A stretch of 64,000 nt of DNA from positions 128,001 to 192,000 of the forward strand of contig CALKGR010000001.1 of assembly GCA_938085445.1 (NCBI GenBank), in the 5' to 3' direction. The position numbers and the translations under genes are program-made. Source of the stretch: an uncultured Rubripirellula sp. Lineage in GTDB: Bacteria; Planctomycetota; Planctomycetia; Pirellulales; Pirellulaceae. The notes below the pieces were generated by a model. It was given only the letters and a program-made list of their open reading frames with translations, was not told where the DNA came from and did no database searches. Position 1 is the first letter of the stretch; the number at the start of each line of letters is the position of its first letter. This document shows positions 20,085-30,527 of this stretch, one piece after another.

Positions 20085-23000
20085 TCATTCAACCTCATCG
20101 CCACCGCGTTGACTCGACTTCAGACTCACAAGATAGGCCACCAAGTCCCTCAGTTCACGTTTGGACATCAGCTTTGTCAAATCTGCTGGCATGGATGAAA
20201 TTCCCTTGCGGCGCGCTACGATTTCATCCAGCAAAATGCGAACTTGCCCCCCATCATTCTGAATCAGCTCGACAAAATCCTCATTCTCAGATTTTACAAT
20301 GCCAGTGAAAACCTGACCAAGGTCATTGGCGATGACAGCTGTTTCGAAGTTCTTGGCGATTTGAGCATCAGGCAAACAGATGGACTCCAACAAATATCTT
20401 CGATCTTTTTGCCCTCCGATTCGGGTGAGTTCTGGTCCCACTGCCCCTCCCGCCCGGTCAATTTTGTGGCAACGCAGACACGACAGTTTCGTATTTTCAA
20501 AGAAACTCACACGACCTTTCTCCACGTCTCCCCCATCCAATGCCACCAGCCATGGTGCTAATGGATCCTGCTCTGACGACATTTGGACGAATTCATCCAT
20601 AGCAGATTGCAACTCGCGCCCTACCTTTCCATCCGCGGCTTCAACCACATTCAGTTGAACATCTTGCGGGAGAGTACCCTCCAGATAAGATCTGACGCCC
20701 TCTTCAATGGTCATCACAGCATCAGGACCATCACATTCAGCCAAAATATCCCATGCCAACTGCCTCACTTGCAGATTCCGGCTCTCAGTCGCCTCAATGA
20801 AACGTGGCAGCGAACCTTCTGAATCGTGTTGTGCGAGCACCTTCAATGCTTCGGGCAGCAACTTGGTAACGGGCTTCAGTTTAACTTGCCGAGCCAAACC
20901 AACGGCACTCTTCGGATTCAAACGATTCAGAGCAGCCAAAGCAACCGCACGTGCTGCGGGTGAAAGATCTGCATTTGTAATCCGATTAACCAAGACCGGG
21001 GCAATTCCTGAAATCCCTAGTATTGAAGCGACCTCGATCGCCTTTTCACGAACTGACTCTGGCGCTGTGATCAGGGAATCAAGATGAGGCTCCAAAGCTT
21101 TCTTTGCTGCCAAAGCTTCACGATCCGGAAGGGGGCGGTACGCATTCAGAACACGATCACGTGGGTCTGGTTGTGCCCATTGCCCCAGCATATCCAATGC
21201 CTCCATCCGCATTTCTGGAATCGCTGATTCCCGGCTTGCAAAAGCAGCCAATTTTGCTGCTGAATTAGCTGTTCCAATGCGGTAGTTGGCATTCAATATC
21301 CGACGCAGCAACTCCTTTGAGCCATCCACAACACCGACCATGTCTGCCAACGTATTCATGGCCGATGGGATCGGTTTATCATGAATAGCCCTCGCCGCCT
21401 CCAACACGACCAAACTACTTTCATCATTGAGAAACAATGAGGTTTCCTTCATTTTCAACCGCCTCAATGCCACTACAGCAGCACGGCGGACTGGTTCACT
21501 CGGGTGCTTGCGCAAATCTGCGATTTTCAGCGGATCGCCAAGACTGACAAAATACATCACTCCCGCATGCCGCAACGCAGCATCGTTGTTCTCCGCCGAC
21601 ACCAACCGTTGAACAACTTGCTGAAATGCATCAGCATCTTCCAACTGCGTGAGAGCCAATATGGAAAAATATTGGACACGTGGTGAGGGATCACTCAATA
21701 ACGCTCGCAGACGTACGACTGCTCCGGAATCCAGACGCTCACCTGCAACCTTGGCTGCAGCAGCTCTCAAAACATCATCTCCGTCCTGAAGTAGCGGGCG
21801 CAACTTTTTCAATGATGCATCGCGAGCCTCCAGATCCTTCCTGAAAATCTGATCAGCACCCCACAGGGCGTGTAAACGCCCGACCGGATCGACATCCGCA
21901 TTGGTCGCCAAAGCGAGCAAAGTATCCAGTTCATGCCGTCGAGCCAATTCCCACTGCGCCTCAAAGCGGATGCGGCGATCAACATGAGAAAGATAATCAG
22001 TAAGTGCTTCAATGGTATGTCTGGCCCAATCGGATCCGAGCAACCGCTGCACTTCTTTCACAATCGGCGTGTCACGGTGACGTGGATCCGTAACACGGTA
22101 CATCCGTCCCTTGCCCAATCCGTCCCAACCATCAACCCAATCGCTGATGTAAAGAGCTCCATCGGGCCCAAACGCGACATCTGTCGCCAACACCGACCAA
22201 ATGGGATCACTATCACTGGCAAGGCGATAGCAGGCACCTTTCGGCTCCAGCGTAAAACTACGAATCCCACTATTCACCGGACCTCCGCGAAAATCGCAAA
22301 TGAAAAAATTATCTTTCAGTGCATCACCGAATCCGGTACCCGGATAAAAAGCCAGACCACTTGGCCCATCAGTCAAGTTCACAATGGGAGGAACGATATG
22401 CGCTGGTTGTTCCTTATGAAGCGGTTCCCAAATCCGGTCCTGATTGAAGGGGCCTCGATCAGGTAAATACTGATAGTGCATACGCCAGCCTGAATCACCA
22501 CCTTCCAAGATATGCACCACACGAGCCTGATCTCCACTATCACTGTTGTTGTCAACAGAAAACAAATCACCAACGTCATTAAACGCAAGTTCCTGTGGGT
22601 TTCGAAGGCCAGTGGCAAAAACCTCAAGCCCTGATCCGTCCAACTCACAACGAAATACAGCTCCTGATTCAGGGTCAGCTAATACCCGACCGTCATCGGT
22701 GGTAACGTGGTATCCACGATCGCCGATACTGAAATACAAACGACCATCAGGTCCTAAAACGAGACCATGCATATCATGACCGCGGAATGCGACACGCACG
22801 CCATAGCCGTCTGACAAAACGACTTTCTCGTCCGCAACACCGTTATCATCCTGATCGACCAACTTCCAAAGCTTTGGAATGCATGTGTAGTAGACATCCG
22901 ATCCTCGAACCAGGACTCCTGCACCGGTGCCCTCTTCAATCCGATTGAATCCTTTCGCCAGGACATAACTGCTATCAGCCTTTCCATCACCATCGGTATC

Positions 23001-23456
23001 CTCGAGGCGACGTATCCGGTCGTCATGTTGTGCGTAGGTGACCGCGGCATCACCCAACAGCCGTTTGTGATAATCAATACGATCTTGCACCGTCTGCGCA
23101 GCCAAGTCAGCTTTCACCCACTCATCATCGTGGGCACGATTATCAGTCACTCCCTGATTTTGACGGAACGTCTCACAAGCATAGACACGACCAAGGTTAT
23201 CGATATCAAACGCAACGACGTTCGCAATATCAGGCTCCGCTGCATACAACTGAATGTCCCAATCGGTTGGGATTCGAATCCCTGCCATTGAATCAACACC
23301 TTCTGAAGACGCCTCCGCGACTTCCGGCTCAAGAGGCTCAGGCTGTCTGAATTCTTCGGCCTGGCCGACCCAACAAACGCCAAGCATCACCACACACACA
23401 ACCGTCAGAATGAAGGTCGATTTTGTATCCCGCAAAATTCTTACTGCTATTTTCAT
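20085..23456 (-). CDS. PVC-type membrane-bound dehydrogenase-domain protein (beta-propeller, HEAT repeats, c-type heme)
   Basis: LEDTDGDGKAD, GPDGRLYFSIGD, GLRNP, HEAT-like repeats, CLRCH heme motif, VGPELT, SSMP. Confidence 0.92.
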   Translation of the reverse strand: MKIAVRILRDTKSTFILTVVCVVMLGVCWVGQAEEFRQPEPLEPEVAEASSEGVDSMAGIRIPTDWDIQLYAAEPDIANVVAFDIDNLGRVYACETFRQNQGVTDNRAHDDEWVKADLAAQTVQDRIDYHKRLLGDAAVTYAQHDDRIRRLEDTDGDGKADSSYVLAKGFNRIEEGTGAGVLVRGSDVYYTCIPKLWKLVDQDDNGVADEKVVLSDGYGVRVAFRGHDMHGLVLGPDGRLYFSIGDRGYHVTTDDGRVLADPESGAVFRCELDGSGLEVFATGLRNPQELAFNDVGDLFSVDNNSDSGDQARVVHILEGGDSGWRMHYQYLPDRGPFNQDRIWEPLHKEQPAHIVPPIVNLTDGPSGLAFYPGTGFGDALKDNFFICDFRGGPVNSGIRSFTLEPKGACYRLASDSDPIWSVLATDVAFGPDGALYISDWVDGWDGLGKGRMYRVTDPRHRDTPIVKEVQRLLGSDWARHTIEALTDYLSHVDRRIRFEAQWELARRHELDTLLALATNADVDPVGRLHALWGADQIFRKDLEARDASLKKLRPLLQDGDDVLRAAAAKVAGERLDSGAVVRLRALLSDPSPRVQYFSILALTQLEDADAFQQVVQRLVSAENNDAALRHAGVMYFVSLGDPLKIADLRKHPSEPVRRAAVVALRRLKMKETSLFLNDESSLVVLEAARAIHDKPIPSAMNTLADMVGVVDGSKELLRRILNANYRIGTANSAAKLAAFASRESAIPEMRMEALDMLGQWAQPDPRDRVLNAYRPLPDREALAAKKALEPHLDSLITAPESVREKAIEVASILGISGIAPVLVNRITNADLSPAARAVALAALNRLNPKSAVGLARQVKLKPVTKLLPEALKVLAQHDSEGSLPRFIEATESRNLQVRQLAWDILAECDGPDAVMTIEEGVRSYLEGTLPQDVQLNVVEAADGKVGRELQSAMDEFVQMSSEQDPLAPWLVALDGGDVEKGRVSFFENTKLSCLRCHKIDRAGGAVGPELTRIGGQKDRRYLLESICLPDAQIAKNFETAVIANDLGQVFTGIVKSENEDFVELIQNDGGQVRILLDEIVARRKGISSMPADLTKLMSKRELRDLVAYLVSLKSSQRGGDEVE

Positions 23457-23845
23457 CTGTTATTCGAGTGTTATTCCAAGTTGCACGTCTTGATTTGAAC
23501 GGACCCACCGGCCCATTTGGTTCGAGAACCCATAGGTTTCGCAGTCGACTAAAAAATCGACACCTGCACGACACACCAGCAAGGTGCAGGCCCACGCAAG
23601 AACTTAGCCACCTGTCGCCTTGCAGCGGTTGTTGGTGCGAGGGCTTTTGCGCAGGGGCATAACCACACGATTTAAACTAAAATCGGTTAAGATAGGTCGG
23701 CACCGTACTGCCAGAATAAACTGTAGGCAGCCTTGGTGGCAATGATAAATCTGACATCCAACTAGGCTCATTCGAATCTGCTTCGCCTCTGAAAACTTCT
23801 TGCACCATGATCCTTCTTTCATAATCACAGGCAAACACTTCACTG

Positions 23846-24322
23846 ATGGACAATTCGCCGCAACCAAGCACGCCGCAACCAAGGCCGGACGAAGACCACC
23901 CAAACCCGTCTCTGACCAATCCGGTGCAGGAACCAAGTCCTGTTGGCAACAAAGTCAACGAGAACATTGATGATGTTGCTCCAGTCATGGCTCGGCTTGT
24001 CGATGACACACCCGACCGAGTTGGTTCACCATTCGCTGCTGCCCCAAGTGGAAAAAAACGACACTTGCCAACCCCAGTTGCATTGCACGACCTAGGGCCG
24101 CTCCAGTACACAGCCATGGGCGGGGTTGTAGCGGCTGCCATGCTGCTAGGATTCGCAATCATGGCTTTATCGTGGTTTCCAATCGGTGGGTGCATCATTG
24201 CGGCACTTGGATGCGTTACCGCAATCCTAGGACTTCATTCCAAATTCAAACGCATCACAACAGGACTGTTGGTAACACACGGATGTCTATTCATCGCGTG
24301 CTTCATTTTGGCAAACACATGA
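23846..24322 (+). CDS. Hypothetical membrane protein (disordered N-terminus, about 3 C-terminal TM helices)
   Basis: Pro-rich N-terminus then hydrophobic segments; ATGA overlap with the next gene. Confidence 0.7.
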   Translation: MDNSPQPSTPQPRPDEDHPNPSLTNPVQEPSPVGNKVNENIDDVAPVMARLVDDTPDRVGSPFAAAPSGKKRHLPTPVALHDLGPLQYTAMGGVVAAAMLLGFAIMALSWFPIGGCIIAALGCVTAILGLHSKFKRITTGLLVTHGCLFIACFILANT

Positions 24323-26298
24323 TCTCCTACTTCGTACAATCAAAGTCGCTCTTGTTCATCGCCTCCTCCGTCTGGTTGATGTTCTCACTGGTATACAGAA
24401 CGACTTTATCTGGTGAGCCTGCATTAACTGAGGCAAACCAGCAAGTTACAGCACAGAACAAACCGAATGACCATCTTCTGAAAATCCTCAGCTACAATAT
24501 TCACCACGCTGCAGGAACAGATGGAAAACTGGACCTCCGCCGCATTGCAGAAGTGATTCGGTCAGTGAATCCCGATCTTGTGTCTCTTCAGGAAGTTGAT
24601 CAACGAGTGCGTCGAAGCAATTCCATTGATCAACCCTCGGAGCTGGGCAAACTCACAGGCATGAGAGTCCTGTTCGCTGAGAACATTCCTTTACAAGGTG
24701 GATCTTATGGCAATTCGATCTTAAGCCGACTTGAGATCGAATCAAAGAACCATTCCTTTCTTCCCAACCACAACAAGGGTGAACAGCGAGGTTTGCTAAC
24801 CTCAACAGTTCGTTGGCAAATCGCGGGAAAACAAAAAAACATACTCAACTTCACGGCTACTCATTTCGACCATCGCCCTAATGACTCCGAACGCATCGCA
24901 TCAGCTCTCCAGGTCAATGGTCTAGCGATTGCTGATCCCGATACACCCAGTATCATCGCAGGCGACTTTAACGACGTCCGTGGTAGCAACACACTGGAAA
25001 CGCTACAAAAAAAATGGACCATCGCGGGTCCAAAACTGCCCACCGTTCCTGTGACACAACCAACACGACAAATTGACTTCATCCTGTATAGACCGCGAAA
25101 TCGATGGACAGTCATCAAGACCGAGGTCCTGCAGGAATCAGTTGCTTCCGACCATAGAGCAATTCTGTCAGTGTTACAGCTCAATGTTCCGCCCAAGCCT
25201 GCAATCAAAGCCCCAGCAGGAACAGGAAAAACGAACACGGACAAGAGCAATGGTGACCTAACAGAAAAGAGACACGATCAAGAGCGTAATGAACTACTTC
25301 GATCCACAGGTGTCGACGGCCATACACGCAAGGCTACCACTGTAACCGAATGGGCATCAAGGAAAAAATCGATACTCACTGCAATGCATTCTGTAATGGG
25401 ACAGTTACCAAAAGTTGCACCGCGCAATACTCCTGCAATGGAATTAATCGAGGAGGTTGACTGTGGAAATTATGTACGGCGAAGGATTATGTATCAGTCG
25501 CAAGCAGGCAACAAAACGCCCGCATTTCTGTGTATCCCAAAAGCGGCATTCAAACGAGATGCAAAACCTTTACCGGCTGTTCTTTGTCTTCACCCGACGG
25601 ACGACAATGTTGGCAATGGAGTAGTCGTTGGCCTCGGTGGAAAACCAAATCGACAATACGCAAGTGAACTGGCGTCCCGTGGCTATATCACCCTTGCCCC
25701 TGCATACCCTCTGCTGGCGAACTACCAACCGGACGTAAAAGGACTGGGCTGGAAGAGCGGAACTCTTCTCGCTGTGTGGGACAACATGCGTGGGATCGAC
25801 CTTCTCTGCTCGTTACCTTATGTCAGGCAGAATGCAATCGGTGCGATCGGGCATTCTCTAGGTGGGCACAATGCACTCTACACTGCTGCCTTTGATGAGC
25901 GGATCGCGGCCGTAGTTTCCAGCTGCGGTTTTGATTCATATCAGGATTACTACGGTGGTGACCAAACAAAATGGCTTCCGGGAAAGGGTTGGACTCAGCT
26001 GCGTTATATGCCTGATCTCGCTAATTACCGGGGAAAGCTAAACGAAATCCCATTCGACTTTGACGAAATCCTGGCAACCATTGCACCACGTCCAGTCCTC
26101 GTTGTAGCTCCATTGCATGACTCGAATTTCCAAGCTGCCAGTGTACGCCGTTTGATTTTAAATGCGGGACCTGTGTATGCCCTGCATGGAGCAGAGAACC
26201 GCTTGAATCTTCTGCAGCCTGACTGCGCGCACGACTTCCCAAATCCGATGAGGATCAAAGCCTATCAATTATTTGATCAGGTTTTGAAACGCCCCTGA
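24319..26298 (+). CDS. Secreted endonuclease/exonuclease/phosphatase (EEP) + alpha/beta hydrolase fusion
   Basis: SYNIHH, LQEVD, GDFN, IDFI, SDH; then GHSLGG, HDSNF, AHDFP. ATG 24319 overlaps the upstream TGA. Confidence 0.88.
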   Translation: MISYFVQSKSLLFIASSVWLMFSLVYRTTLSGEPALTEANQQVTAQNKPNDHLLKILSYNIHHAAGTDGKLDLRRIAEVIRSVNPDLVSLQEVDQRVRRSNSIDQPSELGKLTGMRVLFAENIPLQGGSYGNSILSRLEIESKNHSFLPNHNKGEQRGLLTSTVRWQIAGKQKNILNFTATHFDHRPNDSERIASALQVNGLAIADPDTPSIIAGDFNDVRGSNTLETLQKKWTIAGPKLPTVPVTQPTRQIDFILYRPRNRWTVIKTEVLQESVASDHRAILSVLQLNVPPKPAIKAPAGTGKTNTDKSNGDLTEKRHDQERNELLRSTGVDGHTRKATTVTEWASRKKSILTAMHSVMGQLPKVAPRNTPAMELIEEVDCGNYVRRRIMYQSQAGNKTPAFLCIPKAAFKRDAKPLPAVLCLHPTDDNVGNGVVVGLGGKPNRQYASELASRGYITLAPAYPLLANYQPDVKGLGWKSGTLLAVWDNMRGIDLLCSLPYVRQNAIGAIGHSLGGHNALYTAAFDERIAAVVSSCGFDSYQDYYGGDQTKWLPGKGWTQLRYMPDLANYRGKLNEIPFDFDEILATIAPRPVLVVAPLHDSNFQAASVRRLILNAGPVYALHGAENRLNLLQPDCAHDFPNPMRIKAYQLFDQVLKRP

Positions 26299-26503
26299 TG
26301 GATTCCGTCACCAACAAACAGAACATCGGGCAACGTCCATCGGAAGCACATCATCGTCCCGCCAGACTGGACTTGGGAAACAGACCACGCTGAAATTCTA
26401 AATTTACTTGCCGTTACATCATTGGGACTCGTAATCAGCAATACAAACAACGAGAATAGTTCTGATAAGCCCCCCTGATATTCAATCCATAACTCACAAA
26501 AAG

Positions 26504-27952
26504 ATGAACTCCATGACTGCTTTGAATCGTCGCAACTTCCTAGCCAGCACTCTTGTAACCGGCCTCACAAGCAGCCTCACAGCCAACAGATTAAGAGCAG
26601 CGAATGCGAACGACGAAGTGAATCTGGGTTTTATCAGTTGCGGAGGGCGTGCTGGTCAACTGATGGGACAATTCAGCAAAGTCGATGGCATCAATATCGC
26701 TGGGCTATGCGATGTGGATGAGAAACGGCTTGGATTAGCCAAACAGAAATACCCGAAGGCGCAGGGCTGGACGGACCTTCGTGACCTGATCGCCTCAGAT
26801 TCCATTGATGTGGTTGTCGTAGCAACCTGTAATCACTGGCATTGTCTGGCGGCAATATGGGCGATGCAAGCCGGAAAAGATGTCTATGTTGAGAAGCCCT
26901 TGTCGCATAGCCAATGGGAAGGGCGGCAGACAGTTGCCGCAGCACGAAAATACAATCGAATTTGCCAAATTGGTACTCAGCAACGTTCGGATCCCATGCA
27001 AGCCGAGATCAAGAAATTCTTGCATGAAGACAAAACACTGGGTGAAATCAACGCCACGCGTGTCAATCGCTACGGAGTTCGCCCTTCAATCGGCAAACGT
27101 GACAAGCCTCTGGCCGTGGACAAAAATATTGCTTACGACCTTTGGCTTGGACCAGCTCAGGATGAACCGATCTTCCGCGAAAAATTGCACTACGACTGGC
27201 ATTGGGATTGGAACACGGGGTCCGGTGAAATGGGTAACTGGGGCGTGCATGTCTTAGATGATGTCCGCAACAATGTATTCCAAGATTCGGTGGCACTGCC
27301 AAAGCGAATTCTGGGTGGAGGTGGTCGCGTCGCGCTCAACGACGCGGGGCAAACACCTAATGTACACTTTGCTTTCTTTGATACAGGTTCAATTCCTGTT
27401 GTCATCGGGCTTTCGAATTTGCCATCCATGCCAAAAGGTAAGAAGAGCCCATCACATCCGGGACCAAGCAGTGGATACGTCGTCTATTGCGAAGGCGGGC
27501 GTTACGAGGGACAACGGGGACGTGGAGCTGCTTACGACTCTGCAGGTAAAAAAATCAAAGAGTTTAGAGGCGGTGGAGATGTTCGGCATCAAGCGAACTT
27601 CATCGAGGCTGTACTCAAGCGAGATTCTTCGATCTTGAATGCGGACATTGGCGTAGGAAATGACAGCACAGGATGGTGCAATCTGGCAAACGTTGCTTTC
27701 CGCACTGGAAAAAATCTTGACAGAGAGGCCACCAACGGAATCGAGCTGGAACAATGGATCACTTTGATGGGTGAAATGGATGAACACCTCGAATCCCATC
27801 AACTGTCTCGTGTGAGCGAAGAGATACGTGTCAGTCCAATGCTGGAACTGGATACGAAGACCGAACAATTCGTGGGATCTGGCTCAAAAGATGCAAACCA
27901 GTATCTCAATCGAGAATATCGAAAAGGTTATGAAGTGCCTGAGCTTGGCTGA
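26504..27952 (+). CDS. Tat-exported Gfo/Idh/MocA oxidoreductase
   Basis: NRRNFL signal; NHWH, GKDVYVEKP, QIGTQQRS, NWGVHVLD. Confidence 0.93.
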   Translation: MNSMTALNRRNFLASTLVTGLTSSLTANRLRAANANDEVNLGFISCGGRAGQLMGQFSKVDGINIAGLCDVDEKRLGLAKQKYPKAQGWTDLRDLIASDSIDVVVVATCNHWHCLAAIWAMQAGKDVYVEKPLSHSQWEGRQTVAAARKYNRICQIGTQQRSDPMQAEIKKFLHEDKTLGEINATRVNRYGVRPSIGKRDKPLAVDKNIAYDLWLGPAQDEPIFREKLHYDWHWDWNTGSGEMGNWGVHVLDDVRNNVFQDSVALPKRILGGGGRVALNDAGQTPNVHFAFFDTGSIPVVIGLSNLPSMPKGKKSPSHPGPSSGYVVYCEGGRYEGQRGRGAAYDSAGKKIKEFRGGGDVRHQANFIEAVLKRDSSILNADIGVGNDSTGWCNLANVAFRTGKNLDREATNGIELEQWITLMGEMDEHLESHQLSRVSEEIRVSPMLELDTKTEQFVGSGSKDANQYLNREYRKGYEVPELG

Positions 27953-28005
27953 ATTCCCAGCAGCAAGATTCGCTATGACAAAGTGGTAACCAACTGACAC
28001 CGCTG

Positions 28006-28021
28006 GCTTCGGCTACGAAGC
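28006..28021. terminator. Short hairpin GCTTCG-GCTA-CGAAGC between convergent genes
   Basis: 6-bp inverted repeat; no clear U-tract. Confidence 0.25.
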
Positions 28022-28046
28022 GAAGGTTGCTGGTAGGCGATATGAT

Positions 28047-28916
28047 CTATGATTCGAATTTTTTGCGGGGCCCAGCAACATAAAGAGCTTCACCCGTAAA
28101 ACGCGTCTGAAATTCTTCGTCACTCCAAGTTGTCTTGCCCACGGCTGGGTCACCAATCACCCAGTCGCCGATTTCGTTACGTCCAAACACAACCACTGCG
28201 TGCCGATCCCCGCGAGATGTAAAAAATCGGCTTGGAAACGCGTCGCTTGATTCGCCGAAACGAACAATTGCCAAATTGGGAAGCTGTCCGGCAGGCAACC
28301 AGACATCAGTATTCGAAGATGCCAGACAAATTTTGTGGAAAGCAGAATTCGAGTACATTCTGACTCCCCGATACAATCCCAAAGACTCTGTACCGTGATC
28401 ACTCGTTGAACACACGCGAACAAGATCCCGTTCTTCAGCAACAATACCAGCACCCCGTAATAAAGTGACAGCCGCTGCCGGGGCGCAGGTAGAGCTATGA
28501 CTCTGAAGACAAATTCCATCATCCCACTGAGTTTCTTCACTCAACTGGACCGGCAAAAAGGCGGGGCGGAGCAATGGTAGTACAGTGTAGCCTAGAGCCA
28601 TTCCCACCAGACTGATCGCGGCTATGGACCGCGAGTAGGATCGCAAACCGGAACTGCAGGCTGCCAAACCTGCAGTAAAACAAAGACAAGGAGCTATAAG
28701 AGTTGACCAGAGCAGAACATCAGGAAGCGGCAGCAAATCAATCCAGTGAAGCCCACCCGTGAGAATCCATGACAAAGCCATAGCGAAACACAGAGCACAG
28801 GCAAGAAAGAACGGACTGGATGTAGTCCGCGTTGACCGCAACCCCCAGCCCATGGCGTAAGCAAGCACCGACAATGCTATCGTGCAGACAAGACCGGAAA
28901 TCAAATACGCAGCCAC
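28047..28916 (-). CDS. Membrane protein with C-terminal peptidase C39-like domain
   Basis: About four N-terminal TM segments; LQSHSSTCAPAA (Gln/Cys), HAVVV (His), IGDP (Asp). Confidence 0.8.
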   Translation of the reverse strand: MAAYLISGLVCTIALSVLAYAMGWGLRSTRTTSSPFFLACALCFAMALSWILTGGLHWIDLLPLPDVLLWSTLIAPCLCFTAGLAACSSGLRSYSRSIAAISLVGMALGYTVLPLLRPAFLPVQLSEETQWDDGICLQSHSSTCAPAAAVTLLRGAGIVAEERDLVRVCSTSDHGTESLGLYRGVRMYSNSAFHKICLASSNTDVWLPAGQLPNLAIVRFGESSDAFPSRFFTSRGDRHAVVVFGRNEIGDWVIGDPAVGKTTWSDEEFQTRFTGEALYVAGPRKKFES

Positions 28917-28967
28917 CGCAGCACCTCTTTCAGAAACATATGAATGTTAAGAAAAGATTAGCAACAA

Positions 28968-28981
28968 GTTGAAATTTCAAC
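28968..28981. promoter_or_regulatory. Perfect 14-bp palindrome GTTGAAATTTCAAC upstream of the C39-like gene
   Basis: Exact inverted repeat in an AT-rich intergenic region about 50 bp upstream of the start. Confidence 0.35.
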
Positions 28982-29169
28982 AATATTTATGTTATCGGTT
29001 GCTTGCAGTATTCCAATATCTTCATATTCCGAAAAACTTAGCACTTCTGGATGCCCCACATTCTGGAAGCGTATGTGAACCCCGGTGCCAGCATAAATGC
29101 GTACCGTTGTTTCAAGTGCTACAAACCACGAAATCCCTGAATTCGCTAGCGGATTCTACATCGAAGTGA

Positions 29170-29310
29170 TCACTCTGCTGAAAAGCGATGTACGGTAACT
29201 TCATGCAGTCGCTCACCAGGCTTCAACAAGGTTGTTGGAAACGAATCACGGTTGGGTGCGTTAGGGTAATGTTGGGTTTCAAGACAAAATGCTTCATGAC
29301 CTCCATTACC
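29170..29310 (-). pseudogene. Orphan duplicate of the galM 3' end (46 codons + stop)
   Basis: GNGGHEAFCLETQHYPNAPNRDSFPTTLLKPGERLHEVTVHRFSAE* aligns without gaps to 30528-30668 (GYGGHEAF...HRFSTQ*). Confidence 0.92.
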
Positions 29311-29363
29311 ACATGACGGTATAGGAAAAGGGGAATGGAAAAAGCGTTGTCCACTCCTCGGAC

Positions 29364-30119
29364 TCATTCTGTCAAATTGGGTTCGACTGAATTGTGCTTT
29401 GTAAGCTCACGTGAGCCATCGGCAGTATCCAACCATATACGCTTCTCAGCAAACTCGATCTCTGGTAGTTGCGTCTCTATTACGTCCATGAGTGCTTCCA
29501 TTTTTTCCCGCTGCTTCTGATGACTGAACCCCTTACCCGTCACACGAAACACGAGGCCCGGCGTTATACCGTCTTCCGTCTTGAAGGGTATCAATGAGAC
29601 AGATACACCGTCGATGCGGTATCCTGCGATCCATTTTCCAGTGGGCTGCCGATACTGCTCAGACAAACGCATCAACAACGGTTCCATTGAGTCCCAATAC
29701 TCGAGGTGGGGTTTGCCGACCTCCCGGTTTATAACCAACATATAGCCCTGATAGCGGTACACAGCTTGCGACTCACGACTGAACCTGAAATAACCCATTA
29801 ACACCGCGAGCACCGAGACAAGGACGATGATTCCCGACAGGGTTACTTTCTTTCCTTTGAAAAAGATCAGCTTGTAATTGAGATATGCAACAGTTGAGAT
29901 CAACAGGCTCAGGACGAAATAGATCTCGGAAGGGATAAGAATATCTTTCAATCCAATCAGAAACAGAAGAATCAGACCGACCTGCACCAAGTGTTTAAAC
30001 CAGGCTTTCTCCACCAACGTTCGTAAAGTCAAGCGATTTGTAGATCCCGGCTGCTTGGCAATTTTAGGGTCATCATTGGATGTGTCTAGATTCATGTCAT
30101 GCTTAGCAGGTTTTGCCAC
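29364..30119 (-). CDS. Hypothetical membrane protein (about 3 TM + soluble domain) inside the galM-associated insert
   Basis: 251-aa ORF with clear TM segments; no family recognised; start uncertain. Confidence 0.7.
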   Translation of the reverse strand: MAKPAKHDMNLDTSNDDPKIAKQPGSTNRLTLRTLVEKAWFKHLVQVGLILLFLIGLKDILIPSEIYFVLSLLISTVAYLNYKLIFFKGKKVTLSGIIVLVSVLAVLMGYFRFSRESQAVYRYQGYMLVINREVGKPHLEYWDSMEPLLMRLSEQYRQPTGKWIAGYRIDGVSVSLIPFKTEDGITPGLVFRVTGKGFSHQKQREKMEALMDVIETQLPEIEFAEKRIWLDTADGSRELTKHNSVEPNLTE

Positions 30120-30527
30120 CTGATACTTTAAAATGACGAGGCGACAATGGGAGCATCCATCTCATTTCCGCACTTCGATGAGTCACGCATCATTGGCTGC
30201 TCGATCCAGTTGATTGTCCAGAGCAGGATCTCCCGGATGTAGTGCACAGCTGGACTCCAGGAAACGACGCGAGCCAAGGAATCACCTCCTCAATTTCGTG
30301 ATGTCAAAAAATAGCAACAACCGGAAGTTGGGAAAACCTTTCCTATCAGTTGGCTGCAGCACTTCGATTTCTTCATCATTCGAAATAACAATCACGACGC
30401 ACGACATCAGTTACTGTTGATTCCCAAGGGTACCAGGACTGCTAACCAACCACCAAAATCGCAGCAGTGGCAAACCCTCCATTTTCAGTTACTGGGCAAG
30501 AGTGATCCTAAGTGAATGTTCAGTTGG

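Noticed and set aside
23677..24198. 173-aa minus-strand ORF
   Set aside because: Overlaps the plus-strand membrane ORF, which has ATGA coupling and TM structure.
29170..29367. 65-aa ORF as a real gene
   Set aside because: Its C-terminal 46 aa are the displaced galM tail and the N-terminal part appears to be a chance in-frame extension, so it is treated as a fragment.
30120..30527. Possible integrase or toxin-antitoxin remnant inside the galM insert
   Set aside because: Only short ORFs with no recognisable motifs on either strand.
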